Shown one piece after another: positions 52,410 through 64,000 of a DNA stretch of 64,000 nt (within the stretch, counting starts at the first letter, position 1; each line of letters begins with the position of its first letter). Source of the DNA: Eledone cirrhosa (Eukaryota). Position numbers and translations under genes: made by a program. The stretch is taken from positions 27,094,001 to 27,158,000 of the forward strand of contig OZ024747.1 in NCBI GenBank assembly GCA_964016885.1. The letters run 5' to 3'. The notes beneath the pieces were generated by a model that had not been told where the DNA came from, made no database searches, and saw only the letters and a program-made list of their open reading frames with translations.

Positions 52410-53892
52410 GTGTGTATACGTGTCTATTATTCTTTTTCTCCTTTACTTAATTTATTTTCATAATATGCCAGTTGAATCATTGTTTTTTTTTTCTACAATG
52501 GAAGAAAAATGTATTACTGCCAAATAGCGACGAGAAATTAAAAGTGCGATGATATAGACCTAATCTTGAATCTATGACTAATTCAAATTTGCTGGGTTTC
52601 TTTTTTTTTCACGGTCTTCAATATTCAATGATAATAACATCAATAATATAATATGGAAATCTGTATCAGTCCGTCACTTCCAGCTGGTTGGTGGTGGTTG
52701 CTATATATTGCGACAGACACCATCGCTCGTGCAATAATGACGACGACGACGACCGAGTTATGTTATCCTTGTGTAGGATTTCATAAATTACAGCTAAATA
52801 AATTTCTCTTGTTCTTTAACCCAAACCTCACAATTACCTACTTTGCAAGAGGAATATTAATTATTTCAAATGTTCTTTTTTGCTTTGTTTTTAACTGCTT
52901 TTTGTTTTTACTTTTTATGAATTGCTACGAACGGAGAACATTTATGCTATATTACCTGAGACAGAGATATAGAAAAATAGGTATACAAAGAAGATGACTA
53001 CGAGCCAGAAACACTAATCCGTTTATTGAGACACTCTAATGCTAATATTGAGGAACTTTAATCTTTTAGAAATTGTAGAAATGTTTGACAGAAAGTTCTT
53101 ATATATATATATTTGTTTATCCCGGGTTCAATCGGGGGTAACCACAGTAAGTAAGGTACTCAATACATAGCAGAGTATAAATATTTATTATAGAATGGCT
53201 TCTACATTCGGGAATGAAACACTTCTAGTCCTGTAGAAACATATATATGTATATATATATATAATGTAGTATGGTGGATTTAATTTAATGTTAGGACTGG
53301 TGCCCAATCATTAGAAACCTATGAGATACCACCTCGTAAGAGGCCAGCTAAACTTATTAATACATAGGTGTGATCTGTAACAACAACATTTAATTCAAAC
53401 CTTTTTATGTTATAAGTTCAAATTGTACAAGGGTCGGTTTTATCTTTAATGCTGCTGCAATCAAAGTACCAGTAATGTACTAGTGTCAAATAAATCGACT
53501 GCAACCTGTCCACAAAATCTAACGGCCTAGTGACTGGTAGATTTAGTTAATGGTCTTATAGGCTGACGACGTCTAGAGGCCCAGAATTTTTTTTTTCTAT
53601 TTCTCTAGTGGGGTGAAAGATTGATGTTGACAGAGCGGGTTCAACATAGCCGAAAGCCTAGGAGCCCAGCCATGGGTTAATATGGCCCAGGTCTTCTATG
53701 TTCTTATTTCAAATACTTTCATGTGACTCTATCTTACATGTGACTGAGGTCAATACTAAAGTACCACACAAATACTAGGGTCATTATATAATGACAATGA
53801 TAGAAAATATTTGGAGTTTGGATATAATTTTCTCTTACTCTCAGCTAATATGTGTGTGTGTGAGCATGTATATATATGTGTGTATATGTATA

Positions 53893-55205
53893 AGCAATCT
53901 CTTCACCAAGATTCTCCTCAGCTGTGCTTTTCCCGCCATTAGAAGCAGATGTCACCCACAAAAAGCTGGATTCATACCAAATCAATCTACCGCCGACCAT
54001 ATTTCTGCCCTCTGTCTCATTAGTGAAATATCTCAGGAATTCAGGAAAGCTCGCTGCCTCTATGTCGCCTTTGCCAACCTCCAGGTGGCTTTCGAAATGG
54101 TCGACCATGCATCCCTCTGGAAAATTCTCAAGCTCACCGACACACCTCCCGAGTTCACCAACCTGTTCCAATGGCTCTATAGCAGTGCTGAGAGCTGCAT
54201 GCAGGTGAACAGGAAGGATTCTGACTGGTTCCCCATCAACAGTGGGGTCAGATAGGGCTGCGTAGCTGCCCCCGACCTTTTCAACTGTGTCATCGACTAT
54301 CTGATGACCAAGGTCTGTGAGCAAGTTTCTGGCATTGCCTTCGGGAACTACCACCTTACCGACCTGGAGTATGCAGATGACACCACCCTATTCAGTAAAT
54401 TGATCAGTTAGCTTAGTGACGCACTGATCATATAGTGAGAGAAATCAGTAAAGCTTCGTGAAGACCAAGCTGATGCATGTTGGCAATGGCCTGGATCCTC
54501 CTCCCCTCATTTTGGCCCTGATATTGTGGAGTTTATCAGCTCTTTTATTTACCTGACCTTGACAGTCACCAACAATAGAGACCTGACCCTGGAGATTAAC
54601 CGCAGATTTAGTCTGGCTGTTGGGGTCATGCACTCCCTATGGAAGCCACTTTGGTGCCACTGTTTTATCTCCCAGAAGTTGAAGCTCCATATCTACAACA
54701 CATCAGTCCTCTCTATTCTCTATGGAGCAGAAACATGCCCCCTCACAAAGACCCTGGCAAAGAGGATTGTTGGCTTTGAACATCAGACGGTACTACCATG
54801 TTTCCAAGAAAAAGTTGTGTTCACAGATGACATGCGTAGGCTGGAAAGAAATGAAGCAGCCATGTTCCATTGGATGTGCAATGTAAGTGAGAGAGAAAGG
54901 CAGAGCCTCGATGAACTAAGGGAGAAACTGGGTTTAAGAGGAATCCGAGGAGGTGTGCAGGAGAAAATATTGCGTTGGTACGGACATGTGATGTGCATGT
55001 GAAGAAGTGCCATGAAATGCCAGTGGAAGGAAGCTGCAGTACAGGTAGACCAAGAAAGACCTTGGCAGAGGTGGTGAGAGCTGACCTCAAATCAGAGACT
55101 CACAGAGGAGATGTCAAAGAAATGCAATGAGTCTAGAGATGTTGTGCTGAGAAGGAGCCATCCAACCCATGCAAGCATGGAAAAATGGACGTGAAACGAT
55201 AATGA
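53893..55205 (+). mobile_element. Degenerate RTE LINE, apparently two families joined near 54790
   Basis: AGF..STADHI, SGVR*GCVAAP, LEYADD, LYGAET, then [20 protein letters not shown] as in the 14 kb family. Confidence 0.8.
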
Positions 55206-56544
55206 TATGGTATTACATAATGTCAAAAAGCTGTCAAATATAAATCATCTTAATCATCAATATTTTATATCTGCTTTCCAAGTTAGCATAGGTTGGACAA
55301 GCTTTCATGGTCGGAGACACAATAGCTTGGAGAGACCTCATCTTGCTCATACATCCCATATTTAGCATAGTTTCTATAGTTGGATGCCTTTCCTGATACC
55401 AACCACTTCATGATTGTACTGGGTGCATTTTATCATTTTATCATTGTACCAGTACTGGGAGCAGTTGTCATAGACACAGCCAGGCTGGAGATTCCTCTCA
55501 CGTCCTATATTGTGTTTGATCACTGCCTACTTTAAATATATGGTGTTATTTCATGTACTGCCATAGCATATTTTTACTTCTATCATGGAAAAGCAAACAC
55601 AAAGACAATTCTTTGATTCCTTTATTCGTTTTAGTTGTTAGTTGTTTAGTTGTTAGTTGTTAGTGCTGGGGCACTATCTTGAAGATATCTAGTTGATTAT
55701 GTTAACAGCGGTACTTATTTTTTCACAATTGGTGCTTATTTTAGCAACCTCTTTTTGTTGAACTAATAAGTTACCAAGCATAAACAAACAGTAATGGTAA
55801 ACACACACACACATGCACACACTCAGACTCACATAAATTTGATGGGCATCCACCCAATTTCTGTCTACGAAATTTCACTTACAAAGCATTGGTCAATTTG
55901 AGGCTATAGTAGAAGATATTAGTCATAGGTGCCACATGGTGGGAAAAGCATTTGGTTGTAAAGCAAACTTCTTAACCACACAATCATTAAAAATTTAACA
56001 TTTTTGTGATCGTATTTCTAATGAAATGCACTCTATTTCAATTAACTAATGAAGAATCTTTAGAGATTTACTAAAATTGTTAATTATTTCATTTTTAATA
56101 GAGTAACTTAATATATGGTTCTTATATAAAATTATGCTGGAAGATTTTAATTTGTATAGGAACCTTTTAAAATAGGTGATTTATTTTCTTTGAGACAAAA
56201 CCTATTTTGGTTGGGTTGGTATCAAAAAAGGTTAAAATTAGTCATGCATTTTATGTAGATTTATACATTTGTTTCAGTCCTAGTTGGGACCTAATGCACT
56301 CAACAGCACTAAAAAAGAAAAGAAAAGCAAACAAATAAAAAACAGCAATTTAGCATTTTTGATAAGAGATTATTTTTGTCTGAAATAGTTCTGTCTGTTT
56401 TGATAATTTGAGTGAAATGATATAAGTTTTTGAAATGACTGCAAGAAGTTCTTCAATTTGTTAGTAAATGAAGAGATGAACTTGTTTGTCTGAAGCTAAT
56501 TTATAGATGGCAGCTGAACATGTTGAACTATCTTATCCATCCAC

Positions 56545-56800
56545 AGGCATGGCTGTGTGGCTAAAGAGTTTACTTCACAGTTACATTGATTTTGTGGCTT
56601 AGTGGTTAGGTGGTAAACTCATGTATTTGATTCCTGAACCAGGTGGGGCATTGTGTCCTTGAGCAAGATCCTTTATTTCACACTATTCCAGTCCACTCAG
56701 TTAGAAAAAGTCAGTTGCAACAACACTGGTGTCAAGCTGTATTGTTCTTTGCCTTTCCCTTGGACAACCTAAGTTGTGTGGAGAGAGGAGACTTGCAACC
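56545..56800 (+). mobile_element. tRNA-head SINE-like fragment
   Basis: GGCATGGCTGTGTGGCTAA and GTGGCTTAGTGGTTAG A-box-like motifs, then TGTGTCCTTGAGCAAG. Confidence 0.5.
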
Positions 56801-57289
56801 ATATCTTCAACAATACACTTTGCTCTGGCTTATGCCTTCAACAAGTGCTTTCCAGATTCAAAAATCCAGGGGAGCTTTTGATGGTAACAAAAGAGTTAAA
56901 ATGTTCCATCAAATTCAAATCCTGCCTTTCCATTGATATCAAAATATATTCTATTTACATGTTTTCTCGCTTACAACCTCAAGTGTATTTTCTTTAGTAC
57001 ATCATAATATCAAAAGATGGCTTATCCTGAAATGTGGCTCTTCAAATTGATTCTTTCATATCAAAATGCTGAGGACCGCTGGTGCTACCATTAAGGCCTA
57101 CTTTACTGGACTTTGGTGGGGGAGGTGTGTGAGGATTAGGGTGGTGGGTATAGGGTATAGGAGCATGTATTAAGGGCTGAGTGTTAGGACATGGGTGGGG
57201 TGTTAAGGCAGGGGAAGTGTATGAAAGGGGGGATGGAGGTGAAGGTGGTTCATACTAGATGTATGCTTCAACCTGTGCTCATGGGAAGG

Positions 57290-57935
57290 TGGGTCTTCTG
57301 TATTACTGCATAATGCCAGAGATCTGGTCCTGTGTCATCACCTTCGAGCGGTGCAATTGTGTAAGGTCAACTTTTAACACCTCATCCCAAGTCTTCCTGG
57401 GTCTTTCCACTCCATAGCTTCCATCAACTTTGAATGCTCTGCACTTTTTTATACAGCTCTCATCCTTCATATGCATCACATGTCCAAACCAATGCAATTT
57501 CCCCTTCTGCACACTGCATCTGATTCCTCTTACGCCTAGTTTCTCTCTCACTTCATTTATGCTTTGTTGTATATGTATTACACAACCATCGAAGCATGCC
57601 AGCTTCATTTTTTTCCAATCTTTACTGGTCCCCTACACACAGCTCCCAGGCCTCATTACCATGCAACATTGCTGTTCATATGCACATCTACATGTGTATA
57701 TGAACATCATACACACCATACAATCTGCCCTTCATTTTGAAGGAAAAGCCTTTTAGAGCTAGCAGCAATAGTAGCTCCCTGTACTTTCAGAACACCCACC
57801 TCTGCTGCTAATTTGGTCACCCAAGTAACAAAAGCTGTCTACTTCTTCAACAGCACCTTCCAAGAATTTGATAGCGTTTGTTTCCTATGGTCGTTTGCTG
57901 CTTACTGCTCCCATGCAATGGCCACATGTAAAACC
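57290..57935 (-). mobile_element. Degenerate RTE 3' fragment
   Basis: VREKLGVRGIRCSVQ..LHWFGHVMHM..RPRKTWDEV. Confidence 0.75.
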
Positions 57936-58699
57936 TACATTCTTAGCTTAACTACCTGAGATCCCACTACATTTCTTATGTACCCATATATGTTTGTGTG
58001 TGTGTATATATACATATACATTAAGCTTGAACTTGAAATCCTGTGATTACAAAGCAAACTTCTGAACCCAACTATGCCTACTCTTCTATAATAATAATAA
58101 TAATAATATTCTAATTTAGGCATGCTGCAAACAATTTTGAGAGAAGGGAAGAATCAATTATATCAACTCCAGTACTTGGACCAGTACTTTACTTTTTTGA
58201 TCCCAGAAGGATAAAAGGCAAAGTTGACCTTGAAGGGATTTGAATTTAGAATGTAAAGATCCAGAAGAAATACCTTTTCTCCAATGCTTTAACAATTCTC
58301 CCAATTCACTGACAACAACAACAATATTAAAAAGATAATCTGTCTGTTTAATAAGCTGTTAGGTTGACAGATGTCAGTATTGTTGTTTATGTAATCCCTT
58401 TACTCAATTGATTACAATACTTACAATCTAATTAATTGCTTTTGTTTCTACTAATTTATCTTGTTAATGAAGTAGATAATTTGACATTCGATTACACACA
58501 CACATATACACACATAGATGTAGTAAATTTGTAAAAAAATGTTTATATCCAAAGTTGATAGGGCACTCAGTCTGAGAGACAAGTTGTAAAATATAAAATG
58601 TTGGACTGACAAACTGCAGAAATAATCTCACAACAGATGAAAATGTTGTGAATTTAACTTACTTTTGTCTCGCAACCACCACAAATGAAGGACCCAAAG

Positions 58700-59807
58700 C
58701 TGGAAAATTAGGTGAATGACTTATTAAAAGACAGAAGCCAGATTGTTTCAGCCAATGGGACTCTCTCAAGGGAAACGTCAATAACAAACAGTATGCTCCA
58801 GAGAACCATCTTGGGAACACTACTGTTTGTGGCGGCTCTCTCAGGCATGCCCTCTGCAATACGGACAGCTTCGCTCACAAGCTATGCTGATGACATGAAG
58901 GTAGCACAGGCAATCAAGAAATCGGGTGATGCTACTCTCTTACAACAATATTTAGATGCTGTATATGGATGGGCTGAAAACAACAATATGCAATTTAATG
59001 CAGATAAGTTTCAAGCCCTCGGCTATCAACCCACAAATATAGGTCCACCACAAAAAAGGCACATTGGACCAGAAGGAATCAAAATTCCAGAGTCAAAATG
59101 AATACGGAACCTGGGTATTGTTGATGAGCAATATTGCATCGTTTCATACACTCATCACTAAAATGATGGCAATATGCAGATGATTGGTGGGTTGGATTCT
59201 GAGGACTTTTAGGACAAAAGAACTGGAAACCATGATAGTCTTCTGGAGGACTTTTGTCTTCAGCTGACTGGACTGTTTCACTCTGCTGTGGCCACCCGAC
59301 AGTGTCAAGCTAACTGCAGATTGCCTCAATGAAAGTGATAAGCTCCTGGAAGAGACTGAAAAAAACTAAAGCTTTACTCCCTGGAGCGAAGATGGGAGAG
59401 ATACTCAATGATATGTGTATGGAAAATCTTGAAGAGTTAGCACTAAACTTTGGCATTGAAGGCTGGATGCCATTGAATAGTGCCAAATGCTCCATCCATT
59501 GCATCAAGAATAAGGACCACATACTGCATTAACCTGGGGATGAAGGGACTCCAGCTTTTTAATGAGCTACCAAAAAATCAGAGATCTACATGGTGTGCAT
59601 GTAGATGTTTCCAAGAGACTTCTCAACATCCTGCAGACCAAGATCCCAGATAAACCCACAGCACCAAGTGAAGCACAAATAAGGGAAGTAGCAACAAACC
59701 CCCTTTTGCATCATTGGCCAACCAAGGAAAGCTGGCTATAGAAAGTGTAGCATCAATGGCAGTGCCCCAGCATGGCCTCAGCCTGTCAGCTGGGACACGT
59801 AATAGAG

Positions 59808-59810
<3 letters not shown>
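58700..59810 (+). mobile_element. Degenerate CR1-like LINE RT 3' portion
   Basis: QRTILGTLLF..SYADDMKV..WAENNNMQFNADKF; 3' end runs into (TA)n. Confidence 0.8.
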
Positions 59811-59846
<36 letters not shown>

Positions 59847-60067
59847 CATTCACATACACACGTGTGTGTGTGTGTGCAGGCATAGCTGTTTTGTTAAGGA
59901 TTTTGCTTTGCAATGGCATGCTATTGGGTACATTTCCACCATTTGCACCCCACCCTGGGCAATGTCTTATGAATGGAATTTGGTAGACAGAAACTGTGAT
60001 GGGTCCTGCGGTATACAAATATATATATATTTAAAAAAATAGAGGTGTGACACACGAGTTGTGATAT

Positions 60068-60450
60068 ATTAGTAAAAAGGAAAAGAAAATGCTGACAAAT
60101 TTTTCCCAGTGAAAAATAGTTTAATTAGGAATAGGTATAAATTAGTAATAAGTTTTAGTTAGTATTCAGTTTTAGTTTTAAGTTTTTACCGGTTGCGCAT
60201 TTCTTATGCTTTTCAAAAATAATTTTGAGATAGAATGCTCGTGATTTTTGCTCTAATCTGATTAGAGCAAAAATCACGAGCACTCTATCTCAAAATTATT
60301 TTTGAAAAGCATAAGAAATGCGCAACCGGTAAAAACTTAAAACTAAAACTGAATACTAACTAAAACTTATTACTAATTTATACCTATTCCTAATTAAACT
60401 ATTTTTCACTGGGAAAAATTTGTCAGCATTTTCTTTTCCTTTTTACTAAT
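60068..60450. repeat. 383-bp near-perfect palindrome
   Basis: 191-bp arms, 1-nt centre at 60259, one visible mismatch. Confidence 0.95.
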
Positions 60451-60764
60451 GCTAGATGCTACATTTAACATTCCTTTTCATGTATCATGACAGGGGCCCT
60501 TATTAAAACATCCAAGAAACCTCTTATGTGCTGCAACCCTCTATGAGGCCACTTAAATCTACATAGGTTTAGGTTTAAAAGTTCATTATTTTTTCTTCAA
60601 CATTTCAACTGACTTTGATATATATTAATGTTAATGATGTGTCATGTAATAGAGATTTCAGACTGGTCATATAAGCATTTGGGCTGAGTGAAAAAGAAAT
60701 AGCTGCAAAAATGTCACAAAAAACTGAATTCTATCTCAGCAAGAAAAACACACATCTGTTCCTC

Positions 60765-61030
60765 AATAGTCAGCAATTTGCTAGCCAGTGTCCCCTAAGC
60801 TGAATAGTGAAAACACACCTCTAGCACTCAGCAGTCGGCAGTCTCATCGTTAGTGCCATCTTAACTGGGCAGTAAAAACACCTCTGGCTCTCAGCAGTCT
60901 GTTAGCCAATGTCACTTTAATTGAGCAGTAAAAACATACCTCCGGCCCTTAGCAGTCTGTTAGTCATGGTCACCTTAGTTAAGCAGTAAAAACATGTCTC
61001 TGGCCCTCAGCAGTCTGTTGGTCAGTATCA
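60765..61030. repeat. ~60-bp degenerate tandem repeat, ~4 copies
   Basis: CAGCAGTCTGTTAG..CTTAA..GCAGTAAAAACA..CTCTGGC recurs. Confidence 0.7.
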
Positions 61031-61155
61031 TCCAGATGCATGGACTGGTTATGAAGATGCAGTCTCTTTTTGTTTTTTGTTTAAAGGTATGCTGTACCTA
61101 TATAATCAAAAGGGTTAAGTAAAGTTAGTTAAATTTTTAGAATGTTTCTGACTGA

Positions 61156-61187
<32 letters not shown>

Positions 61188-61491
61188 AAATTAAGAATTT
61201 TATTTCTTGCCCTAGCACAGCTGATACATAAATGTAAGTATCCATACATACACACACACACATATATATATACATATGTATGTATGGGTTATATCAAACA
61301 TTGATAATAATATACATTGGCTGAGGGTAATGACCCAGAAACATATCGATTGTCCTTCAAAGCCAGTGTTGAACAAACCAAACAGGTGATGATCAGTCAC
61401 CGGCATGGCACAGCTTTAAACCGGGCCATTTGTTTCAAAATGAATTGAACATTATTATCAATGTTCAATATAATCCATACGTACATATGTA

Positions 61492-61550
<59 letters not shown>

Positions 61551-61555
<5 letters not shown>

Positions 61556-62135
61556 GGTAACATGTATCCCAGTACAACCTGTCCCATGGTCGGGTCGTTG
61601 GCGACTAAACTGGCAACCTCACCAAGGTTTTTGGTGAGGAGGGTGACTTTGGACATCCTGCAGGACTAAAAACAAAACCTGTCAAAGGGCAAAGGAGCTC
61701 TTAAGAGCCAATGGCCATCCAAAATCACGAGGAGAGATGACTCCTTAGCCTTTGTCAAGGCAGAATTCTAGGAGAAGGAAAACTCTGATATAACACCTGC
61801 AACCCTGATGGTATCCAATGATGTTGACTTGTTCTTCTTTTTGGTAAATATCATCTTGGTTAAGAGAGTGGGACTGGCTTTGTGCAGTGCCTTTGCTCAC
61901 TATAAATGCTTCACGGCACAGGCATTGCTTTATATCTGGAGATCTCTCTGCACTTGTCATCACATGGTACCATGGGCCCAGCACTATGTGTCAATTGTCA
62001 CAAGTGTAGTGTCTGTACCAGAGTTTTCAAGTCGCTGGCTGGACGAAAAAGTCACACTCATTCAGCGCATCGGTAGGGGTTCTCCTACATGGATATAAAG
62101 TAGTGGCCGTACTCGAAAACGAGTTGGCAGCCACC
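61551..62135 (+). mobile_element. Bipartite RTE-derived element, copy 3 (longest)
   Basis: Matches 3692-4260; lies between (TG)n and (TA)n; diverged head in reverse at ~63600-63775. Confidence 0.8.
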
Positions 62136-62182
62136 ATATATATATATATGTGTGTGTGTATATATGTATGTACATATGCATA

Positions 62183-62239
<57 letters not shown>

Positions 62240-62244
<5 letters not shown>

Positions 62245-62443
62245 AAAAGAGTCAGGATCCGGACAGCTGAGCTCCGGCCGTTTCGACAGCTAGATCTGAA
62301 CAGTTCGGATCTAGCTGTCGAAACGGCTGGAGCTCAGCTGTCGGGGTCCTGACTCTTTTCCTATTACCCACTCTACTACTCAAAGTATTGAGTACTCTGG
62401 TGCATTATGGTCGTCCACCTGGATTCTTACCACACTTTCTTTG

Positions 62444-62446
<3 letters not shown>
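62240..62446. mobile_element. GC-rich ~124-bp hairpin plus ~83-bp tail between (TA)n tracts
   Basis: 62240-62363 is self-complementary with 4 mismatches; its termini recur fused at 38039-38090. Confidence 0.7.
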
Positions 62447-62485
<39 letters not shown>

Positions 62486-64000
62486 TTGTGTGTATATAAA
62501 TATATATATATATACATATATATATATGTGCGTGTGTGTGTATATATGTGTATGTACATATGCATACTTACATATATATATTAGTGTTAGAGATGTGTCA
62601 TGTTGTAATAAAGATTTCAAGGTATACTGTATCTATGTAATCAAATAACAAAACATATCTCTGGAGGACTCTAAAGTCTAATGCCATATGATATGGCATT
62701 AAACAAACTGTTATCCGTATAACCAGTACATTGCCTTCAGAGATAACCATTGTAATATCGCTCTCAACTGCTGGCTCTCTGTTATTTCACTGCTTATACA
62801 TATTCCATGCTATTATATTAATAACATTGTGACATTTCTACTGCTCTTGCATTGTCCTGCTAAATGTTTTGCTAATTATCATCTTAAATTAATTATATTT
62901 GCATTGAAGTTCTGTGTTTATTGTAGCCACAGTCCCAATACTGTTGACCAGACCTACAATCCTACAATATAGCAAAGTTTTATCTTAAACAGAAACCACT
63001 TAATGATATTTCATAAAATCCTTCCTCTTTTTAGTATATATGAATGAAGATGCATGTGAAGGTATGTATGTATGTATTTGAGTGTGTGTGTAAGTATGAA
63101 TGTGTGAGTGGGTGGCTTGTGAGGGTGTGTTTGTGATTGTGTGTGTATGTGTGTGTGTGTGTGATATGAGCAAGTATATAGATGTGTGTGTATGCATGCC
63201 TCTATTTTTCTTATTTTCAACATTTCTCTATTACTGATTACCGAAAATTACATTAATAAAAAAAATGGCAGTTGTCAGAGCACATGTCAAAATACCTTGC
63301 AGTATTTGTTCCTGTGCACTGACTTCAAATCCCACTGTAGTCTATTAAAATGCAAGCATTTGTACCAGGTTTGAGGCTTCAGAATCTCTCTTCCTCCTAT
63401 CACTCTAAGTGAAGGTTTATGGCAAAGGTGCCCTTCTTTCCTAACTAAACAGTTAAAAAGAATCATTCTACACCAGTTAATTCTCTAATGATGATAGGTC
63501 CTCAGTCAGTTTCAATGATGAACATTTAGTTGTTCAATCAACTGATCTATCTACTCATCAAATTAACATGTAAAATGGTTGAGTATTCTACCTGTATTGG
63601 ATAGCCATTGATTCTCCCGAGTTCCTCCACCCTTTCATAGGTTTTGTTTTTCATCCTGCAGGGTGTCCAAAAATCAGCCTCCTCATCAAGCAAACCTGGT
63701 GGGGTGGTCGGTTTCATTGCTGATGACCAAACCATGTGACAGGTTGTACTAGGTTCATTCAAGAGTGACCTGACTATATTACAGACTGTACTCGGTATAT
63801 TTTATCATGGAATCAGTACTACCACTTTACAGCATGGACTGGGTACATTTTATCATGGCTCCAGCATACCACTTAAGAGCAGGCTAGGTGCTTTTTATCA
63901 CAGCACAACGAACTATCACTTTGCAGAGTGAAATGGGTGCATTCTATCATGACCATAACACTATCACTTTACAGAGTATACTGCATGCATTTTACTGTCT

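Noticed and set aside
53563-53590. CTGACGA hammerhead core
   Set aside because: No properly placed GAAA or supporting stems.

Overview
Repeat-dense eukaryotic DNA with no recognisable host protein-coding gene. The extreme (TA)n/TATG content and the SINE/LINE mix suggest an invertebrate, plausibly an octopus-like cephalopod (inference). The first ~35 kb is multi-kilobase TA/TATG microsatellite punctuated by young retroelement pieces: RTE-type and CR1/Jockey-group LINE ORF2 fragments, a Penelope-like element (PLE; RT plus GIY-YIG) and a ~580-bp non-autonomous RTE derivative. The last ~29 kb holds older LINE/SINE debris, a Tc1/mariner relic and a 47-bp tandem array. Nearly all long ORFs in the track are microsatellite artefacts. 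The most interesting signal is a set of non-coding, TA-embedded elements with type I hammerhead ribozyme (HHR) motifs: a 466-bp-unit retrozyme-like family at 15.9, 38.1 and 46.5 kb with covarying stem I, and an unrelated element at 11.2 kb. These, the coding PLE and several near-perfect palindromes share an 'inverted end plus short unpaired tail' architecture, suggesting a microsatellite-associated PLE/retrozyme system. All folds and alignments were done by eye, and boundaries are approximate.
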